Source: Nymphaea colorata
Taxonomy: Eukaryota
Length of the DNA stretch: 64,000 bases
Reading direction: 5' to 3'
Assembly (NCBI RefSeq): GCF_008831285.2
Contig: NC_045138.2
Location: 36,518,001 to 36,582,000, forward strand
The position numbers and the translations under genes are program-made. Under the pieces are notes generated by a model that was not told the DNA's origin, ran no database searches, and saw nothing but the letters and a program-made list of their open reading frames with translations. Below are positions 59,401 through 64,000 of the stretch, piece after piece; position 1 is the stretch's first letter; every line of letters starts with the position of its first letter.

Positions 59401-61983
59401 CTTAAATGATCTGTAGGCTCGGAATCAAGCTACTCTCAAACACTTCTTCCCTTCACTATATCCATAGTGATGAAAATGTGCACCGCTATTAAAACGTCAC
59501 TATAGTGGTTTTTTTCTCACTTCTGCCTTCCCATAACCATAATAACCTTCTCTAATTCGCAACTCTATCTCTATAACCGTTAGTGAGGATGCAAAGCTTT
59601 TTAGCCATCTCTGGCTGGAGGCTGGTATCAATGTTTGGACCCTGGCACTGTCTGGTTGATCACCAGTTGGAAATGGCCAGGAAAGAAAAGTGTATTTTTT
59701 TATATGTTGTTGGTATATTTTCCAGCCACCTACCATCTGGGATTGATGTTCACTAGTGTCGTCTGTGTAAGTTTAGGAATTTGGTTGGAGTTTATTTTCC
59801 TACTTCCTAGTTTTCTTTTGTTTTTAAAACCAAAATTCTGTTACATGTTTGCTAGAACCTGGTTTGGGGTTCAAAGTTGGTTTTCTTTAAACCAAATTTC
59901 GGTCCCTTGTCATACAAACAGGGCCCAAAATCTACTTGATAAACTAAAACTTAAATAATGGTCCAAATGGACCACCCAGTTGGTTGTGGCAGACCACATC
60001 TAAGAATGTAGACCTGCACTTCAGCTGATGAATGCTGCATCTATGCCCACTTCATTTCACACTGTACCCTTGGTGCTTCTGTTCTGTTGGAGGCTCCATT
60101 TAAAATTGATCATCAGCACTGGTGGTTCTGTTTTCATATTTGAAAGGCACCTTCTAGTTTGATGAGTACTGGACCTATCATTGACTTCCACGTTGTTTCG
60201 TGGAATTGAGTAGCATATCGCGGAATTGGCTGTCTCATCAGAGATACCCTAGTCCTCTTCCACTTCTGTCAACATTAAGTTGGCTTGCATTATTTGGGCA
60301 TTTATTTAATTTCTGTGACTCTGTTTGTATGAATGTCATATTGCAACATATGTAAAAATATTTCCTGTTGTAACACAGATTTGCATTAGTGAATGTTTGG
60401 TTAGAATGTAGGGCATGCGTGTATGCATCTATGTGCCAAGGCTTCTGCCAAGATCTAGTTAAGATAGTTTTTCTCAAATGATTTGTTGTCTTCTGGGAAG
60501 TATGTTTTCATCAATGACTTATTAGTTACTTTTTCTTGATGTGGACACAAATTAAGATAATTAGTAATGGCATCTGCTATAAAACCTCAAGTTTTAAATA
60601 TCTATAACCTGAAATGGGTGTTGTCCTGCTAGATGCACTTGCTTGTATTTACTTCTCTTTTGACTGCACAGTGTCTAGGGAATGAACCATGTCAAAGTGC
60701 TGGGCTTTTTTTATTATGCTTGACGTCATGCTTCTGAAATCAACCGGTGTCTCCTGCTAATTGATGGTTGGATTTGGTCCTCTTGATTTTGTAATGTACT
60801 GATAACCAGGGCAATAGTTGCTCACATAATGTTCTATATAACACTATTGTCTGGATGGCGGCTGTCTTGGGGAGAAAAATATCCTACGACCTATCCATGT
60901 GCTGGCACTTTGGTGTTTGTCATTTTTGTTTCCTTATATGATCCAAGGGGTTGATGGGTTGGCCTTGAATATTAAGATGTGCTACTGGCGATCTCTCTCT
61001 CTCTCTCTCTCCTGCTCGAGACACACATATAACCTTGGTGGTATTTTCACATCAGTAAGCAGGCTGCTGGCTGCAGCATAGGCACCTGAGCAGCCCAAAC
61101 GAAGAACAATTTTGGAAGGTTTTTATACCAATTGTTCTTTTTGATCTATGTTTTGTTGGTATTGGAATTTTTGAAACTCACCTTCCTTGTTGATTCTTGC
61201 TCAATTTATCCTCTATCATTGTTGCATCAACTTGGACCAATTAGTGTCCAGCTAGTCCAGTTCAAGGGTTTGGCACTGCTGTTTTTTTGACAACATATGT
61301 AGGTGTCACTTACCAGTGAACAATCTCATGGTTTTAGTATCGGATTCTTGGTAAAGACCAAGGCTTTCTTGTTACTGAAAGAGGATCGTCTACCCATTGG
61401 CAGTGAACAAAAATCTCGTAGGGGTTGGTTACTTGTCTACAGAACAGAAGAAAAAATTATTATGGGGGAATAAGAAGAATGCTACGGTGGAAGAGGTAAA
61501 CTTCTTGCATGCTTTCTACAATTGAAATTGGAGCTGTTCTAACCTATAGCTCTCCCTTTGGAGCTGCTCTTACCTGTAAGATTCCGTTTTTATGCTGTAG
61601 TCTGGCAACCGCTGGGACATGGCTTTGTTTTCTGATAAGGAACGCCAAGAGAAATTCAACAAACTCATGGTAATTTTTGAATTTCCTATCCTATCTTTTA
61701 AGTTATACCAATTGTAATATATATTATGTTTCGTACTGGATTCTCGCTAGTTCATTTTGACCCCTACTAACACATTTTTAGAGCCTGAGTTTGCCTTGGT
61801 ACATCTGGCCAATTGTAGGGTGTGAAGGGCGACCCAAAGCTGGACCATGCAGGGGAAGACAAAGATGGTGCGGACAGTGCTCTTCGTGCAGAGAAGCAGA
61901 AAGAACTCCAACTCGATCTAGAGAAGCAATACACTGCAGGCCTGAGGCGGAGGGATGGCAGAACTGTTGGCCTCGGTCTGTAA
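56494..61983 (+). CDS. Arginine/serine-rich coiled-coil protein 2-like (RSRC2-like, C-terminal SMAP-type domain), 517 aa
   Basis: Exons 56494-56632, 57981-58886 (R/D/S-rich), 58971-59153 (DLNAAKVAAMKAAEL), 61404-61495 (VNKNLVGVGYLSTEQKKKLLWGNKK), 61601-61669 (SGNRWDMALFSDKERQEKFNKLM) and 61819-61983 (GVKG...DLEKQYTAGLRRRDGRTVGLGL*); total 1554 nt, in frame. Probable 5' UTR exon ends at the donor at 55716, with an acceptor at 56481. Confidence 0.9.
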
Positions 61984-63496
61984 CACCTTATCCTTTTCAT
62001 ACTGTTAGAGATACTTGGCATAACCGAGTCTGTATCTTTAAATTCTGGCCTCGGGTCCTGTTTGTTGTCTCTGCACTTTGGAAGTTGGTTTATATCAAAG
62101 TCGATGATGAGCTTTGGTCTCCTTCGCCTTTCTCGACTACTCATGTGGGCAATGGCTTCATGTTTCTTTCTCCCTGTAGCACGACCAAAAGAAATCAGGG
62201 TACTGGTCGTAACAGCAAAGCTAGTGGTTCTGTGCGCTGGACCGAAGCTTAAGGCCTTGTGGCTACTAACGGCTGATGGCAGTGTCAGGCAGCCTGACAG
62301 TTTGAAGGGCTCTACAAAACCGAACACATGGGATTGAGAGGGCTGGATTCAGGACGGCTCCGAGGAGCTTAGGTCGAAGCAAAGGTTTGATCTCTGCGAG
62401 CTGGGGAGCTGCAGGGGGCTGGGTTTGTGTTCTTCAAGACGCACACAAGATCCTAGCCAACGCTGCTTTTGGTTTTGGCTGTAGATAAAATTATGAAAGA
62501 AGAAGGGAATTAAGAAGCAGTTTTGACCGATTGGTTTGATTGACTTAGTGCATGGTTTATACCAAGTACAACAGTAAATGGTTTAATAAAATAAAATGGT
62601 ATAATTTGGAGCCACTAGAGCTCCGTCGTGTGCTAGTTCGTTCTTTCAGACGTTTCACAACATAAATTTTGCAAGTTTTACAGATGGATGGATAGAAACT
62701 AGGGTGTAAAAATAAAGAAAATTAACTTGACGTGAACGTGTTTTCATTATGCTACAGAAGGTTGGCTATGTCGTAAAAACTTTTATGACGTCTAGGGCAG
62801 GGTGACTTTCACATTTTGATATTTTTAGATGGGCCTCGCTTTTTTTCTAAAAATTCTCATGTAAAGTATTTGAGTTATTTTTTGGCGCTGTCAGCAATAT
62901 TAAGCCTTACATTGAAAAGGTAAACGTTTACACTTTACAGCCATATGATGGTTTTTGAAACAAGAAGAAGTTCTTAAGTATGTATATTTAGAACATATAT
63001 TCCAAAAACATAATATTCTTCTTAACTACTGTTATTTGGAGTATTTAGTTGTCTTGAATCTGATCAATTTGCACGTTCGTGTGGCAGTTGAGGTGTGTTC
63101 ACCGTACAGCTGGGCGCTCGACCCAAGTGTTGCATCTTACCTTCGGTTTTGGTGTGGCACATAACCAGTTTGTTAAAATGGAAATTTAATCGGATGCGAT
63201 TTTGATTTACTAATTCAGCTAAATCGTCATGAATTTAAAATATTATTACATAAATTAATATTATAAAAAATAATTTTAAATATAGAAGATGATAAATATT
63301 AAAATAGTAAAAAAAAATGTGGCAGATAGCATTTGTAAATCATCCGCGGTGCATCAAACCTATGTGCCACCAACTGCATCCGAGTCCACCATCTGAGGTT
63401 AATTTCCCCAGAACCACCTGCACACATCTTTATGAGTACTTCCCATACCACATGCAAATCTTTGCAGCCTAGCCTAATTGATTATAATAAGAGGTT

Positions 63497-63501
<5 letters not shown>

Positions 63502-63538
<37 letters not shown>
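63502..63538. repeat. (AG)n microsatellite
   Basis: About 18 AG units. Confidence 0.9.
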
Positions 63539-63542
<4 letters not shown>

Positions 63543-63796
63543 GTCAATTGTCAAATTGCGTGGTGATTCTGCAAAGCAGCAATATGGCGATGATGCATGT
63601 TCTGCAGATATCAAGGCTGGTGGGTGAAAGATAAACTCCTTCATTGGAAATGAAGGGCGTCCCTGATGATTGCCCACATATGGGTGCATAGCTGCTACTC
63701 ATACTTCACCCAATTAGGCAGATGTGACCAGTTACCGAATAACCGTACCTGGATATCCATCATAGTTGGATATTTCTGCTAGATTCAAATGCAAAA

Positions 63797-64000
63797 TCAT
63801 GACCGGACGTCCTCGCCGCAATATTGATCAAATCTAGATGTCCTGTCCTCGCTTTGACTAACTGGGGGGTTAGATTCAGGTGGTAATCGGAAAGATCCAC
63901 CACAGTTCCCAAATATAGATTCGTTCAAGTCTTCCATTCCTTCAGACTTCAGAGAATAGATGGCCGCTACAAATTTATGCCTCAGTCCTTGAGATGCCAT
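63797..64000 (-). CDS. Possible 3' end of an unidentified gene entering from the right edge
   Basis: The only minus-strand frame open at the window edge (MASQGLRHKFVAAIYSLKSEG...EDVRS*), with coding-like GC content; no family motif recognised. Confidence 0.3.
   Translation of the reverse strand: MASQGLRHKFVAAIYSLKSEGMEDLNESIFGNCGGSFRLPPESNPPVSQSEDRTSRFDQYCGEDVRS

Noticed and set aside
61767..62337. 186-aa minus-strand ORF and 91-aa plus-strand ORF over the RSRC2-like 3' end
   Set aside because: No motifs or independent gene structure; best explained as shadow or UTR ORFs.

Overview
Plant (angiosperm) nuclear DNA with spliceosomal GT-AG genes; the species cannot be fixed from sequence alone. 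Left to right: the 3' 15 exons of organellar DNA gyrase subunit B (+; introns carry several hAT-like MITEs and a duplicated 3' splice site), an intronless four-finger C2H2/C2HC zinc-finger gene (-), complex I subunit B14/NDUFA6 (+), then a direct tandem duplication (about 20.0-27.2 kb and 27.2-39.5 kb) that produced two intact PPR596/At1g80270-like mitochondrial PPR genes (-) and an orphan fragment of the NDUFA6 last exon. Copy A later gained a 5'-truncated LINE upstream of its start. Copy B gained a young, intact 5.5 kb Ty1/Copia element in intron 2 (AAGGG TSD, PBS, PPT, one open gag-pol ORF). Next come a decayed Copia RT remnant, about 8 kb without recognisable genes, a class B4 heat-shock factor (+) with Arg in place of the conserved Gly of the YGF motif, a possible orphan first exon, and an RSRC2-like gene (+) whose last exon has a second acceptor opening a long alternative frame. 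An unidentified minus-strand ORF end lies at the right edge. No CRISPR array, rRNA, tRNA or prokaryote-type system is seen, and I cannot claim a new biological system; the best leads are listed as findings. All alignments were done by eye.
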